Below, piece by piece: positions 30,862 through 40,527 of a stretch of 43,395 bases of DNA. The DNA is taken from NCBI GenBank assembly GCA_964558195.1, contig CAZLCB010000003.1, positions 1 to 43,395 of the forward strand, in the 5' to 3' direction. Positions within the stretch are counted from its first letter, which is position 1, and every line of letters starts with the position of its first letter. Source of the stretch: an uncultured Gammaproteobacteria bacterium (lineage in GTDB: Bacteria; Patescibacteriota; Microgenomatia; UBA12405). The translations under genes were made by a program, and so were the position numbers. The notes beneath the pieces were generated by a model. The model was not told where the DNA came from. It worked only from the letters and a program-made list of their open reading frames with translations, and made no database searches.

Positions 30862-31421
30862 AATTGGCTAATAATCAGTAAAACAATAAAAATTATTAAA
30901 AATAAACTAAAAATCGAAATATATCGACCAAGAAATTTTATGGGTAATTGAGAATTCTCTCGGGCAAAAAGCCATTTTTGAAGAATTTTCGGATTGTAAG
31001 TGTAATCAATTATTTCGTCGACAAGAAGGTGGAGATTAATTGAGACAACTAAACTGGTGACAAAAATATTTTTAGTGAGAGTAAAGATAAAGAAGGAAAA
31101 CAAAACTAAAATGACTTGGAAAAAATAATGGTGAAATATTAAATTATAGTGAGTTTGATGGCTGGTCTTTAACAGCCTGTAAACAGCTTTAAAATCATAA
31201 TTTTGGATGGCAGTACGAGCTAAACGGCTTTCTTCGAGATTTGGTTTGAGAAAAAACCAAAAAATGAAATGGTCGATATCGAGGATAAATGATCCAATAG
31301 AAATACCTAAAAATAGGTAAGAAAGTTTAATTGATTCAACTTTGAAAATGACCAAAAAAATAGAAACTAAAATAAAAATAACCGACGAGGCTAGAAGATG
31401 GTAACGGGGTTCGTGTTTCAC
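30858..31421 (-). CDS. Membrane-bound metal-dependent hydrolase-like protein (YdjM-like)
   Basis: Four TM segments with LDIDH, FHH and HLLVD motifs. Confidence 0.55.
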   Translation of the reverse strand: MKHEPRYHLLASSVIFILVSIFLVIFKVESIKLSYLFLGISIGSFILDIDHFIFWFFLKPNLEESRLARTAIQNYDFKAVYRLLKTSHQTHYNLIFHHYFFQVILVLFSFFIFTLTKNIFVTSLVVSINLHLLVDEIIDYTYNPKILQKWLFARENSQLPIKFLGRYISIFSLFLIIFIVLLIISQL

Positions 31422-31438
31422 TAATAAATAATAACAGA

Positions 31439-32656
31439 TTATTCGTATCGGAGGGCTTCGATAGGTGAAAGTTTAGAGGCTTTGCGGGCGGGAGCAACAC
31501 CAAAAATAATACCGACAAGTGAAGAGACACCAAAGGCTAGGATGACGGAGGAAGTAGTAATTTGAGCCGGAAAAAATGGTTTAATAGCTAGTGTTCCTAG
31601 ATAGCCTAAAAGGACTCCAGTAGCACCGCCGATACAAGATAAAATAATGGCTTCAATTAAAAATTGGATTAAAATAGCTCGGGGGTAAGCGCCAATGGCT
31701 TTACGAAGACCAATTTCTTTAGTTCGCTCAGTAACAGAAACCAACATGATATTCATAATACCGATACCGCCGACGACTAAAGAAATAGCGGCAATACCAG
31801 TTAAGCCAACTGTGAGGATTCCAATAATAGAGTTAATAGTATTGAGTAGCTGAGAACTATCAAAAACAGAGAAAGCATCCTTGTCATATTTTTCTAATAA
31901 AATAGTAGTGATTTGTTTTTTGAGTGGTTCGATTAAATCTTTACTGGGAGCTTTGATAATAATACTTTGAATATCATTTTTACCTGATAGCTCAAAAGCG
32001 AGGTTTAGTGGTATATATCCTTGTTTATCAAAACTCGGACCACCGAAAGAAGCGCCTTTTTTATCGCTGATACCAATTACTTTGAGAGTTTTACCTTTGA
32101 CAATTACTTTTCGGCCAACAGCACTGGATTTGGGGAATAGATCTAGGGCTAATTGATAACCTAAAATAATAACTGGAGTGTTTTTGTCATTTTCTTCTTT
32201 GGTAAACCAGCGACCATTACCTTCAGAGGGAGTGAGATTATTGTTTTTGCCAAAATTTTCTGTTGAACCATCTATCTCAATATTTTTTTGAGTAGAAAAA
32301 GGTGAGGAAATATCGGCAAAAACAGCACTCGCTGGAGTAATATCGACATTATTTAATTTTCTATTTAGAGTAGCGACGTCTTTTTGGGTAAAAGTGTTCA
32401 TCATCATACCGCCACTTTGAGAAAAACTACCATTGTCATTAAAAATCTTTCCTGGGGAAACGTAAATAGAATTGGCACCTAAAGAGTCGAACTGGTCGAT
32501 AACATATTTTTTAAGACCATTACCAATGGAAGTTAGTAAAATAACAGAGGTAACACCGATAATAATTCCTAGAGAGGTTAAAATGGTTCGACTTTTATTT
32601 TTGAGAATGGATCTAAAACTTGATTTAAGAAGATCATTTAAACTTGGCTTAAGCAT
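31439..32656 (-). CDS. MacB/FtsX-type ABC permease
   Basis: RTILTSLGIIIGV, GGIGIMNIMLVSVTERTKEIG and PIEALRYE. Confidence 0.94.
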   Translation of the reverse strand: MLKPSLNDLLKSSFRSILKNKSRTILTSLGIIIGVTSVILLTSIGNGLKKYVIDQFDSLGANSIYVSPGKIFNDNGSFSQSGGMMMNTFTQKDVATLNRKLNNVDITPASAVFADISSPFSTQKNIEIDGSTENFGKNNNLTPSEGNGRWFTKEENDKNTPVIILGYQLALDLFPKSSAVGRKVIVKGKTLKVIGISDKKGASFGGPSFDKQGYIPLNLAFELSGKNDIQSIIIKAPSKDLIEPLKKQITTILLEKYDKDAFSVFDSSQLLNTINSIIGILTVGLTGIAAISLVVGGIGIMNIMLVSVTERTKEIGLRKAIGAYPRAILIQFLIEAIILSCIGGATGVLLGYLGTLAIKPFFPAQITTSSVILAFGVSSLVGIIFGVAPARKASKLSPIEALRYE

Positions 32657-33362
32657 GTTTTTCCTCCGAAATTTTACCGTCTTTAATAATGATAGTTCTA
32701 CTGGCTTGTCTGGCTAAGTCCATGTCGTGGGTAACAAAAACAATGGTTCTGCCCTCTTTTTCGTTGAGGTGATGAAAAAATTTCATGACCTCGTCACCGG
32801 ATTTACTATCGAGATTTCCGGTTGGTTCGTCGGCTAAAATAATTTTGGGATTGTTAACCAAAGCACGAGCAATAGCGACACGTTGTTGTTGGCCACCGGA
32901 GAGTTGACCGGGAGTATTAGTTAATTTATCTTCTAAACCAACTTTAGTTAAAAGATCAATACCTATTTTAGTTCGGGATCTTTTGGGGACATCAGAATAT
33001 AAAAGAGGGAGTAAAACATTTTCTAAAGAGGAAGTTTTGGCTAATAAATTGAATTGTTGGAAAACAAAACCTAAAGTAATATTACGGATTTGAGCGAGTT
33101 GATGTTCTTTTAGTTTAGAGACATCTCGGCCTTCTAAGAGAACTTCACCAGAAGTAGGGTTATCGAGCAGACCGACAATATGCATAAGAGTCGATTTACC
33201 TGATCCTGATGGTCCAGTGATAGAAACAAATTCACCTTGATAAATCTGTAAGTTGACTTTATCTAGGGCGTTAAATTGAGTAGTACCGGTAGTATAAGTT
33301 TTGGTGACATTTTTTAATTCTAAAACTACCTTAGAATTATTTTGAGATGACGACTTGATCAT
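32649..33362 (-). CDS. ABC ATP-binding protein (MacB/LolD-like)
   Basis: [25 protein letters not shown] and VTHD. Confidence 0.95.
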   Translation of the reverse strand: MIKSSSQNNSKVVLELKNVTKTYTTGTTQFNALDKVNLQIYQGEFVSITGPSGSGKSTLMHIVGLLDNPTSGEVLLEGRDVSKLKEHQLAQIRNITLGFVFQQFNLLAKTSSLENVLLPLLYSDVPKRSRTKIGIDLLTKVGLEDKLTNTPGQLSGGQQQRVAIARALVNNPKIILADEPTGNLDSKSGDEVMKFFHHLNEKEGRTIVFVTHDMDLARQASRTIIIKDGKISEEKHA

Positions 33363-34395
33363 TTTCGGAAAGTCCTTCTAAAATTTCAACAGTGGTGTCG
33401 GTTTCAATGCCAATTTTGATTTCTTTTTTGACCAACTGATTACTATCATTTTTGACAAAAACATAAGGTTTTTCGGTTTCTTGATGAATAGCGTCAATGG
33501 GTAAAGTAAAAGTATTGTCGATTTGGCGAAGAGAAATAGTAGCATCACCTTCCATACCAAGTCGGTATTTAAGATCTTGATTAGAATCACTGATTAATTT
33601 AAATCGGATTTCGTAAACAGTAGAGGTTTGACCGGAAACCGGAGTGAATGAAATATAGGTAACTTCTGAAGTAAATTCTTCTTCAGGGAAACTATCTAAA
33701 GTAATAACAGTTTTATCACCAACTTTAACTTTGGTAACATCTTCTTGGTCAACTTGGGCTTTGAAATAAATACTGTTTGGATCAATGATGGAAAAAGTAG
33801 CTGATGCGGGAGTAATGTTTAGACCACTATTTGGTTGTTCAACAGCAGTGACGACACCGTTTATAGGGCTAATTAAGGTGGCGTATTTGATGGCTAAATC
33901 TTGAAGTTCGTAATTAATAACTGAATTATCAAGAGTATTTTGAGATCGGACTAAAATACGTTTCATATCGTCGGTTAAAGTAAGATTATCTTTTTCAGTT
34001 TTGTAATTGTCTTGAGTGTCATCAAAAGTCGCTAAAGCCGAACGATAAGTATTAAAGTCGGCTTGAAGTTGTTTTTTGAGAACTTCTTTGTTGAGACTAG
34101 CAATGGCCTGATATTTTTTGACCTTATCCCCTACTTTAACCCCAACCCAGGCAAGTTGACCGCTGGTTTGGAACTGGAGGTTGGCTTTTGAGGCGGCGTC
34201 AACCGAACCAGTCAGAGTAATTTCTTCTTTGATGGTTTCTTTTTTGAGAGAAATAAGAGTTTCTTTTTTGACATCAAACTTAGGGGTTTCAGATGTTTTA
34301 GTTTTGGCATTGGCGCGATAGACACCAAAACCAGAAATAAGTAAAAGGACAGAAATAATAATTATTTTTTTGAAATGTTTTTTAAAAAATGACAT
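33337..34395 (-). CDS. Membrane-fusion/periplasmic adaptor (MacA-like)
   Basis: TM segment, VKVGDKVKK and LISPINGVV lipoyl halves flanking a helical hairpin, EILEGL. Confidence 0.88.
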   Translation of the reverse strand: MSFFKKHFKKIIIISVLLLISGFGVYRANAKTKTSETPKFDVKKETLISLKKETIKEEITLTGSVDAASKANLQFQTSGQLAWVGVKVGDKVKKYQAIASLNKEVLKKQLQADFNTYRSALATFDDTQDNYKTEKDNLTLTDDMKRILVRSQNTLDNSVINYELQDLAIKYATLISPINGVVTAVEQPNSGLNITPASATFSIIDPNSIYFKAQVDQEDVTKVKVGDKTVITLDSFPEEEFTSEVTYISFTPVSGQTSTVYEIRFKLISDSNQDLKYRLGMEGDATISLRQIDNTFTLPIDAIHQETEKPYVFVKNDSNQLVKKEIKIGIETDTTVEILEGLSENDQVVISK

Positions 34396-34429
34396 ATAAG
34401 TTGGTAGTATACCACTGGGGTTAATTATA

Positions 34430-34729
34430 CTATGGTTTTTTAGTATTTTCTCTTAATTGACGGAGTTTCCACATAAAAAGCTTGTATGGAGTTTTAATGG
34501 CACCTGGGTTTTGGTCTTTAACAAAGTATCGGGCTTGTTCTAAAATTTTTCGGTCCATGGTTTTGGACATGCGGATATAAATAGACCGATTTTTCCAATC
34601 CCCTAGTTCTTTGGCTAATTCCAATCCATAGGCCTGATACTCCATATGAACATATTTTTGGCGCTTTTCTATGGTCTCTTTGTATTTTTCTAATTGAATA
34701 GCAATACTTTCAGGCTTATCCTTTCTCAT
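34430..34729 (-). CDS. Hypothetical small basic protein
   Basis: 99-aa ORF coupled by an ATGA overlap to the upstream gene; EYQAYG..LA..L.D and KLFMWKL. Confidence 0.7.
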   Translation of the reverse strand: MRKDKPESIAIQLEKYKETIEKRQKYVHMEYQAYGLELAKELGDWKNRSIYIRMSKTMDRKILEQARYFVKDQNPGAIKTPYKLFMWKLRQLRENTKKP

Positions 34730-36249
34730 TTTATGTATAGTATATAAGCTTGTCCGTCGGTTAAAAAGCTATTACCACTCCCCTTTTTGGAACCATACAT
34801 TAATCCAGTTAAGTCAATCTTTTCGGATTTTTGAATAAATCCTTTGATTTCTAGTTCTGATTTAATCCTTTCTCTTTCAGTGTCGACTTTTAGTTCGGTG
34901 CTGTGAAATGGCATAACCATGCCGAGCTTTTTTTGAATCTCCTCATCAAAATGGGCAGTACCAACCCAAATTAAATTACCGTTAGAATCAGTGAAATCAG
35001 TTTCCCAAAGATGAATATGTTGGCGGGCCCCAGTAAAAGTTTGATCGACAGGTTTGCCATAACCGGTTTTGTTTGGTTGAGTAGCCCAGAAGACAGGCAA
35101 TCCAGGAGTTTGAGGATAAAATTTTTTAAATACAAATGAAGTAATAATTTTACTATAAGCACTAATGCTGGGCTGATCTAATAAATACCAACCTGATTGA
35201 GTGAAGGCTTGGTGAATTTTCTCTTGACTACCAACAACAATAATATTGATAGGTTCAGCAGGAAGCGAAGTGATACTTTCGGTGATTTTGGGTAACTTTT
35301 GAAAAAGTTTTTGACTAATTTCGTTTGTCTCTATGGTTGTTTTTGGGGTTTCGGTAATAGTTTTATTTTGGAGTGGATGAGTCATAAAAAAGGCAATGAT
35401 AAAAATAATCCAAATTGAGATTAAAAAGGAAATAAATAGATTGATTATTTTTCTAGATAAATGAATTTTTATGTCGGGTAAAGGGTTAAATTTCTTTTTG
35501 ATTTTGAGAGAAGTGATAATGATACTTAACCAGGCTAAACCGACAGCTAAACTAGCAAAAACATCGGAGGGCCAATGGGCGCCGAGGTAAACTCGAGAAA
35601 CACCAATAAGGATAATTAGTAAAAACCCAACAATGAAACTAATAATTTTGAGAGATTTATTTTTCTCTGATTGGATGACGAAGTAAGAAAGAAGGCCATA
35701 AAAAGCAATAGCAACAAAGGTATGACCGCTGGGAAAGCTGTAACTGGATTCAGTAACCAAGGCGCTAACCAATGGAGGGCGAGGTCGATCGATAATATTT
35801 TTAATAATCCAAACAAAAATTTCGCCACCAATAACAGAAATCAATAAAGTGTAAAGAAAACGCCAATTTTTATGAAGATAAAAAATGGTACAAAAAACCA
35901 ACATACCAATAGTAATAATTTCACCTTTGGCGAGATAGGTAATAAAAAGCATTTGTTGATTAAGATTAGCGTGACGGAGAGTGGCAAAAAGGTTAATAAC
36001 CCGAAGATCAAATTGGATAATATTTTCCTGACCAAGAAAATCTCGGGTGATACCAAAGAAAATATAGATAAAAATTAAGGTGAAAATAATACCAAGTGTT
36101 AGGTAGGCACCGTATTTTTCGTTGGGAGTAAATCTTTTTTTGAAGAAGTGGCAGAGTTTGGGATGCTTAGCGCGAAATTTATTTATTTCCGGATCATTTT
36201 TAATACTATGCCTAATAGACTTGGTGATTGATTTGAGAAGTTTAACCAT
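34726..36249 (-). CDS. PAP2 phosphatase fused to LssY-like C-terminal domain
   Basis: K..IDRPRP, SFPSGH and SRVYLGAHWPSDV; C-terminal EPINII, RQHIHLW and WVGTAHFD. Confidence 0.88.
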   Translation of the reverse strand: MVKLLKSITKSIRHSIKNDPEINKFRAKHPKLCHFFKKRFTPNEKYGAYLTLGIIFTLIFIYIFFGITRDFLGQENIIQFDLRVINLFATLRHANLNQQMLFITYLAKGEIITIGMLVFCTIFYLHKNWRFLYTLLISVIGGEIFVWIIKNIIDRPRPPLVSALVTESSYSFPSGHTFVAIAFYGLLSYFVIQSEKNKSLKIISFIVGFLLIILIGVSRVYLGAHWPSDVFASLAVGLAWLSIIITSLKIKKKFNPLPDIKIHLSRKIINLFISFLISIWIIFIIAFFMTHPLQNKTITETPKTTIETNEISQKLFQKLPKITESITSLPAEPINIIVVGSQEKIHQAFTQSGWYLLDQPSISAYSKIITSFVFKKFYPQTPGLPVFWATQPNKTGYGKPVDQTFTGARQHIHLWETDFTDSNGNLIWVGTAHFDEEIQKKLGMVMPFHSTELKVDTERERIKSELEIKGFIQKSEKIDLTGLMYGSKKGSGNSFLTDGQAYILYIK

Positions 36250-36264
36250 GAGATTTATTGTTTG

Positions 36265-36335
36265 TGGACCTACTGGGAATTGAACCCAGAATACGTCAAT
36301 GCGAATGACGCGTTATACCGTTTAACTATAAGCCC
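36265..36335 (-). tRNA. tRNA-Ala(CGC)
   Basis: Acceptor GGGCTTA/TAGGTCC with G3:U70, anticodon arm CGTCA-TTCGCAT-TGACG, T arm CTGGG-TTCAATT-CCCAG, discriminator A. CCA is not encoded. Confidence 0.9.
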
Positions 36336-36343
36336 TTAATATA

Positions 36344-36371
36344 AATTTCTAATATCTAATTTCTAATGTCT
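36344..36371 (+). repeat. Four-unit heptamer array AATNTCT
   Basis: AATTTCT AATATCT AATTTCT AATGTCT. Confidence 0.85.
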
Positions 36372-36377
36372 AATAAA

Positions 36378-36908
36378 TTAGAAATTAATAATTTTTGATA
36401 TTTCTTCAAAAATTTTTGGGACAATGGATTTTATTATAGCTGATTCTTCGGATGAGAATGGCTGTAGAACGTAGTCTTCTGTTGGAATATTATTTGGTTT
36501 ACCAATGCCAATTCGAATCCGATTAAAAGCTTGGGTGTTTAAGTTTTCAATAATAGATTTGATGCCATTATGACCGGCAGGACCTCGGTCAAATTGGACA
36601 CGGTAATCCCCTACTTCTAAATCAAGGTCGTCGTGAATAATATAAATGTCTGATGGATCGATTTTAAAAAAATGAGAAATTTTTTGAGCGGTAACACCTG
36701 AATGGTTCATATATTCAGTAGAAATAGCAAAAATTGTTTTAGTAGTCCCCTGCCCGGTTTCGCAGGTTTTGGCAGAAAGTCGGTCATTATCTTTAAGACG
36801 ACAATTCTTTTGAGTTTCGAGATATTGGATAATAATTTTTTGGCCTAAATTATGACGAGTATTTTGATATTTTTTGTCAGGATTACCAAGACCAAAGATG
36901 AGTTTCAT
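36378..36908 (-). CDS. pth: Peptidyl-tRNA hydrolase
   Basis: GLGNP..Y..TRHNLG, YMN, HDDLD, GHNGIKS and RIRIGI. Confidence 0.97.
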   Translation of the reverse strand: MKLIFGLGNPDKKYQNTRHNLGQKIIIQYLETQKNCRLKDNDRLSAKTCETGQGTTKTIFAISTEYMNHSGVTAQKISHFFKIDPSDIYIIHDDLDLEVGDYRVQFDRGPAGHNGIKSIIENLNTQAFNRIRIGIGKPNNIPTEDYVLQPFSSEESAIIKSIVPKIFEEISKIINF

Positions 36909-37096
36909 GATAAATTTTCTTCGATAAATTTTTTAAACGAACGGTCGTAAGTTTTTTCGGTTTGTGGAGTAAAACAACAGGCGGGTAATTCTTTGTCTTT
37001 TAAATGTGAAGCCAAACATTGACAACATTTGCCTTTAAGTTTGCAGTCGTAAGTACAAGGACAATTTTTAAGATTGGCTTTCTGTTGGCATTCCAT
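36905..37096 (-). CDS. Small Cys-rich protein (DUF6485-like)
   Basis: CPCTY.C..KGKCC.C..H..LPACCF..EKTYDRS; coupled to pth by an ATGA overlap. Confidence 0.75.
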   Translation of the reverse strand: MECQQKANLKNCPCTYDCKLKGKCCQCLASHLKDKELPACCFTPQTEKTYDRSFKKFIEENLS

Positions 37097-37197
37097 GGTT
37101 TATTTTAGCATTGGTTGAGTTTGATCTATTTTGATATATAAAATATCCCTAAAGACAGGAAAAATAAAAATTGACAGGTTTGTTAGCAATTAAATTG

Positions 37198-39195
37198 TTA
37201 GTCTGCTAACTTTTGAAACTCAGCTTCAGAAATAATTTTGGTGCCGAATTTTTGGGCATTAGTAAATTTTGATGAATCAGATTCGGTTTCATTGGTAATT
37301 AAGTAGTCAGTATTGGAAGTGACTGACGAGGCTAATTTGCCACCGAAAGAGATTATTTTATCTTCTAAAACTTTTCGAGGTTGGCTGAGGGTTCCAGTAA
37401 TGGCGAAGGTTAATCCTTTTATAGTTGAATTTCTAATTTCTAATTTCGAATTTCTAATTAAAACATTAGATAAAATTGATTGGATAAAATCGTGGCGGGA
37501 TTGGATGCCTTGATAAATTTTTTCGGCCAAAGTAATTTGAATACCGGGCAGAGATTCGAGTTGAGGAATGGTAATATTGAGGATTTTTTCGGGAGTATTG
37601 AAGCCGGCATTAATGATTTGAATAATTCTTTGAGAACTAAAATTAGGAATAATAGCGGCGTCTAAAATTTGTTTGAGAGTAAGAGTTTTTTTGGCTTGAA
37701 TTTCGCGGATGATATTGGTGCCGGACTTGTTACCCAGACCGGCAATATTTTCGAAGTCAGAAACTTGAAGATGATAAAAATCGCCAGGTAATTTAACTAA
37801 ATTTAATTGGTAAAGTTTGGTGATGGTTTTATCAGAAATGCCTTTGATTTCGAGAGTGTCACAAAAAAGTCTCAGAGAACCTAGAATTTGGGCGGGACAA
37901 TTTTGGATGTTGGGGCATTTTAAGAATTTATTTTCCTGAATTAGAGGGGTGTGACATGAGGGGCAGTGAATCGGGGCGAGTATATGACCTTCAGCGACTT
38001 TGGTGATAACACCTTCAACATGAGGAATAACATCACCGCGGCGTTGGATTTCGACAACGTCGTCAATATTAATATTTTTTTCTTTGATTAAATCGTAATT
38101 GGCCAATGAGGCAAAAGTAATAATGGCACCGGAAATTTCAATCGGGTCAACTTGAGCGACTGGAGTGATGGTCCCCATAGGACCAACTTGCCAATCAATT
38201 TTAATGATTCTGGTTTGACTGGAACGCGAAGGAAACTTGTAGGCGACTTGGCCTTTGGGACGATTGTTTTTGGAACCAAGTTGATGTTGAAGTTGGAGAT
38301 CATTGATTTTGATAACTAGACCGTCAATTTCAAATGAGTATTCTCCCCTACTTTTGTTTAAGAATTGCTGATAAATTTTTTCGACTTGATCGAAATTTTG
38401 GCATAAGAAGTTATCGACAGTAGTGAAGCCGTATTTTTTGAGAAAGTTGATTTTTTCGGTTTCAGTAGAAAAGTTGTGTGAGGAAGAAAAAATATCAACA
38501 GCATATAAACTACAAAATTCGGCATATTGACCGTCGAGACGTTGTGAAATACCGGAGGCAGCATTACGGGAATTGGAGTAAAACCATTCGTTATTTTTAT
38601 TTTGTAGAGACGTTGCGCGCAACGTCTCTACATTAGTTAGGTTATTTAATTTCTCAAAATCTTTGTTTAACATAACGATTTCACAGCGAACGGCACCAGA
38701 AAAATCGGTATCGATTTTTTTGACAGAATTTTTCATTTTGACGACATTTTGAGTAATGACATCACCAATATGACCGTCACCACGAGTAATAGCTTCGATA
38801 AGTTCACCATTTTTATAAATAATTTCTAGTGATATACCATCACATTTTGGCTGAACAACGTAAGATATGCTTCGCATATCAACATTGCCTGCGGCTGCAC
38901 TTTTTAGTTCAAAATAATGAACTAAGTCGTTAAAAGTATTAACCTTGTTTTGGGAACCCATGGGCATGGAATGGGATTTTTTATCAAAACCAGTATTAAA
39001 GTGATGGCTGCCAACTTTGGTAAAAATACGATGATAAGGTAATTTTTTACGTAAAGTATCTTCGAGGATATCCCAAGTATGATCATCCATAATGGGTTTG
39101 CCAGTATTATAGTAGGCTTTTTTAGCCTCGATCATCAACTCACCAAGTTTTTCGGGGGAAATGTTTTTAAGTTCGGGAGAATCAAGAGTGATCAT
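37198..39195 (-). CDS. ligA: NAD-dependent DNA ligase
   Basis: KCDG adenylation motif, DGLVIK, AYKFP, GDVIP, zinc finger, HhH and BRCT (TGTL). Start moved to ATG 39195 (TATAAT 6 nt upstream) because the longer ORF runs through REP hairpins. Confidence 0.95.
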   Translation of the reverse strand: MITLDSPELKNISPEKLGELMIEAKKAYYNTGKPIMDDHTWDILEDTLRKKLPYHRIFTKVGSHHFNTGFDKKSHSMPMGSQNKVNTFNDLVHYFELKSAAAGNVDMRSISYVVQPKCDGISLEIIYKNGELIEAITRGDGHIGDVITQNVVKMKNSVKKIDTDFSGAVRCEIVMLNKDFEKLNNLTNVETLRATSLQNKNNEWFYSNSRNAASGISQRLDGQYAEFCSLYAVDIFSSSHNFSTETEKINFLKKYGFTTVDNFLCQNFDQVEKIYQQFLNKSRGEYSFEIDGLVIKINDLQLQHQLGSKNNRPKGQVAYKFPSRSSQTRIIKIDWQVGPMGTITPVAQVDPIEISGAIITFASLANYDLIKEKNINIDDVVEIQRRGDVIPHVEGVITKVAEGHILAPIHCPSCHTPLIQENKFLKCPNIQNCPAQILGSLRLFCDTLEIKGISDKTITKLYQLNLVKLPGDFYHLQVSDFENIAGLGNKSGTNIIREIQAKKTLTLKQILDAAIIPNFSSQRIIQIINAGFNTPEKILNITIPQLESLPGIQITLAEKIYQGIQSRHDFIQSILSNVLIRNSKLEIRNSTIKGLTFAITGTLSQPRKVLEDKIISFGGKLASSVTSNTDYLITNETESDSSKFTNAQKFGTKIISEAEFQKLAD
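37428..37455 (+). repeat. Four-unit heptamer array inside ligA
   Basis: AATTTCT AATTTCT AATTTCG AATTTCT, translated as IRNSKLEIRNS. Confidence 0.8.
38603..38632. repeat. GTAG-type REP palindrome inside ligA
   Basis: Perfect 30-bp palindrome TGTAGAGACGTTGCGCGCAACGTCTCTACA. Confidence 0.85.
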
Positions 39196-39222
39196 AAAGG
39201 AATTATAAACTAAAATTTTTAG

Positions 39223-39314
39223 ACCCACCCTACCCTCCCTTAAAAAGGGAGGCTTTGTTGAATTAAAAAAAGTTTCCCTTTTTAAGGGAAATGTCACGAA
39301 GTGACAATGGGTTT
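39223..39314. repeat. Inverted pair of REP-like hairpins between fic and ligA
   Basis: CCTCCCTT-AAA-AAGGGAGG (39234-39252), TTTCCCTT-TTT-AAGGGAAA (39273-39291) and TGTCAC-GAA-GTGACA (39292-39306). Confidence 0.65.
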
Positions 39315-40437
39315 AAATATTTACTAAGCAATAATAGGCGCCTTTGGTGGAACCGCGTTTTTCGACGGCGCCACTATCGACTAGTTTTTTGAGATCACGC
39401 CAAATAGTGTCGTCGGAAACCATGGGTAAAAGTTGTTGAGCATCGGGCATACGAAGACCACCGAATTGTTGCATGTATTCGACTAATTTAATTTGCCTTT
39501 CAGTAAGATGAATTTGTTTACCACCGAGTTTTTGTTTGAGTTTGATATCACGAGAAAGTGACTGCACTTTTTCTTTGACTCGGGAGAGTTCGACAGAAAG
39601 AGCTTGAGTAAAATACTCGATCCATTTGGTTAAATCGCGCTTGAAAATATCGGAAGATAAGATATGAGTGTTTTGAATAGTGTTGTAATAATCTTCGGCG
39701 TTGCGATCGAAATATTCTTCCATAGAAAATAAACGGCGGATGTCGTAACCTTGGGCGTAAAGTGGCAACATAGCAAAAGCCCGAGAAACACGACCATTGC
39801 CTTCGATAAACGGATGGATAGCGACTAAAACATACTGACAAACGGCTGATTTAATAGTCGGGTGGATATCTTGAGATTCAGAGCTATTGAGCCAATCAAT
39901 TAGGTCGGCCATAAGATACGGAACTTCGATGGCCGGAGGTGGTCGGTGGGCGATTTCGCCGGTGCGGGTATTTTTGAGAACTACTTGTTGATGACGATAT
40001 TTGCCGACTTCGGTTTCAGGAATGATTTTGGCAGTAGTTAATTCATGAATTCTTTTGACAATGGCTTCACTGTAAAAAAAAGGTCGATGTTTGTCATTAA
40101 CGTCTTTTTTTTCTTCCGGAAGAGGCATACCGGCATCGTAAAGAGACCAGAGTTCTTCGAGATAAGCCATAACATTTCGGTAATTAATGACTTCCTGAAT
40201 GTCGCGTTCAGCAGCGGTGACTTGATGACCTTCGACAAGACGAGCAACTTCTTGAAAAGTTAGGTCATTTCCTTCGATACGAGTACCGTAATGAACAGTT
40301 CTAACAATAGCTTCTTGTTGAAATTGTTTTTCGTAGGCTGGAATAAGTGGAGCTTCATCAATAATGGCTTTGGCGGCTTCAATAGTGCCAATATTTTTGA
40401 GAATTTGATTATTGATTGAAAAAATCGGAGAAAACAT
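39313..40437 (-). CDS. Fic-family protein with C-terminal winged HTH
   Basis: HPFIEGNGRVSR Fic motif, N-terminal TRIEGN inhibitory-type helix, TIWRDLKKLV..G HTH. Confidence 0.92.
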   Translation of the reverse strand: MFSPIFSINNQILKNIGTIEAAKAIIDEAPLIPAYEKQFQQEAIVRTVHYGTRIEGNDLTFQEVARLVEGHQVTAAERDIQEVINYRNVMAYLEELWSLYDAGMPLPEEKKDVNDKHRPFFYSEAIVKRIHELTTAKIIPETEVGKYRHQQVVLKNTRTGEIAHRPPPAIEVPYLMADLIDWLNSSESQDIHPTIKSAVCQYVLVAIHPFIEGNGRVSRAFAMLPLYAQGYDIRRLFSMEEYFDRNAEDYYNTIQNTHILSSDIFKRDLTKWIEYFTQALSVELSRVKEKVQSLSRDIKLKQKLGGKQIHLTERQIKLVEYMQQFGGLRMPDAQQLLPMVSDDTIWRDLKKLVDSGAVEKRGSTKGAYYCLVNI

Positions 40438-40495
40438 ACTCTGGGAAATTATATCATCTTTTAACGAAACGTTAAGGGGAAAATGCGGAAATAAA

Positions 40496-40523
40496 AATAT
40501 CTAATTTCTAATATCTAATGTCT
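40496..40523 (+). repeat. Four-unit heptamer array AATNTCT
   Basis: AATATCT AATTTCT AATATCT AATGTCT. Confidence 0.85.
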
Positions 40524-40527
40524 AAAA

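Noticed and set aside
39196-39297. N-terminal extension of LigA in the ORF track
   Set aside because: Consists of REP hairpins; a -10 box precedes ATG 39195, where ligase-like sequence begins.
39313-40437. Fic protein as a gyrase-targeting toxin linked to gyrBA
   Set aside because: It lies 11 kb from gyrB, carries its own inhibitory-type helix and has no antitoxin partner. Nothing in the sequence indicates the target.
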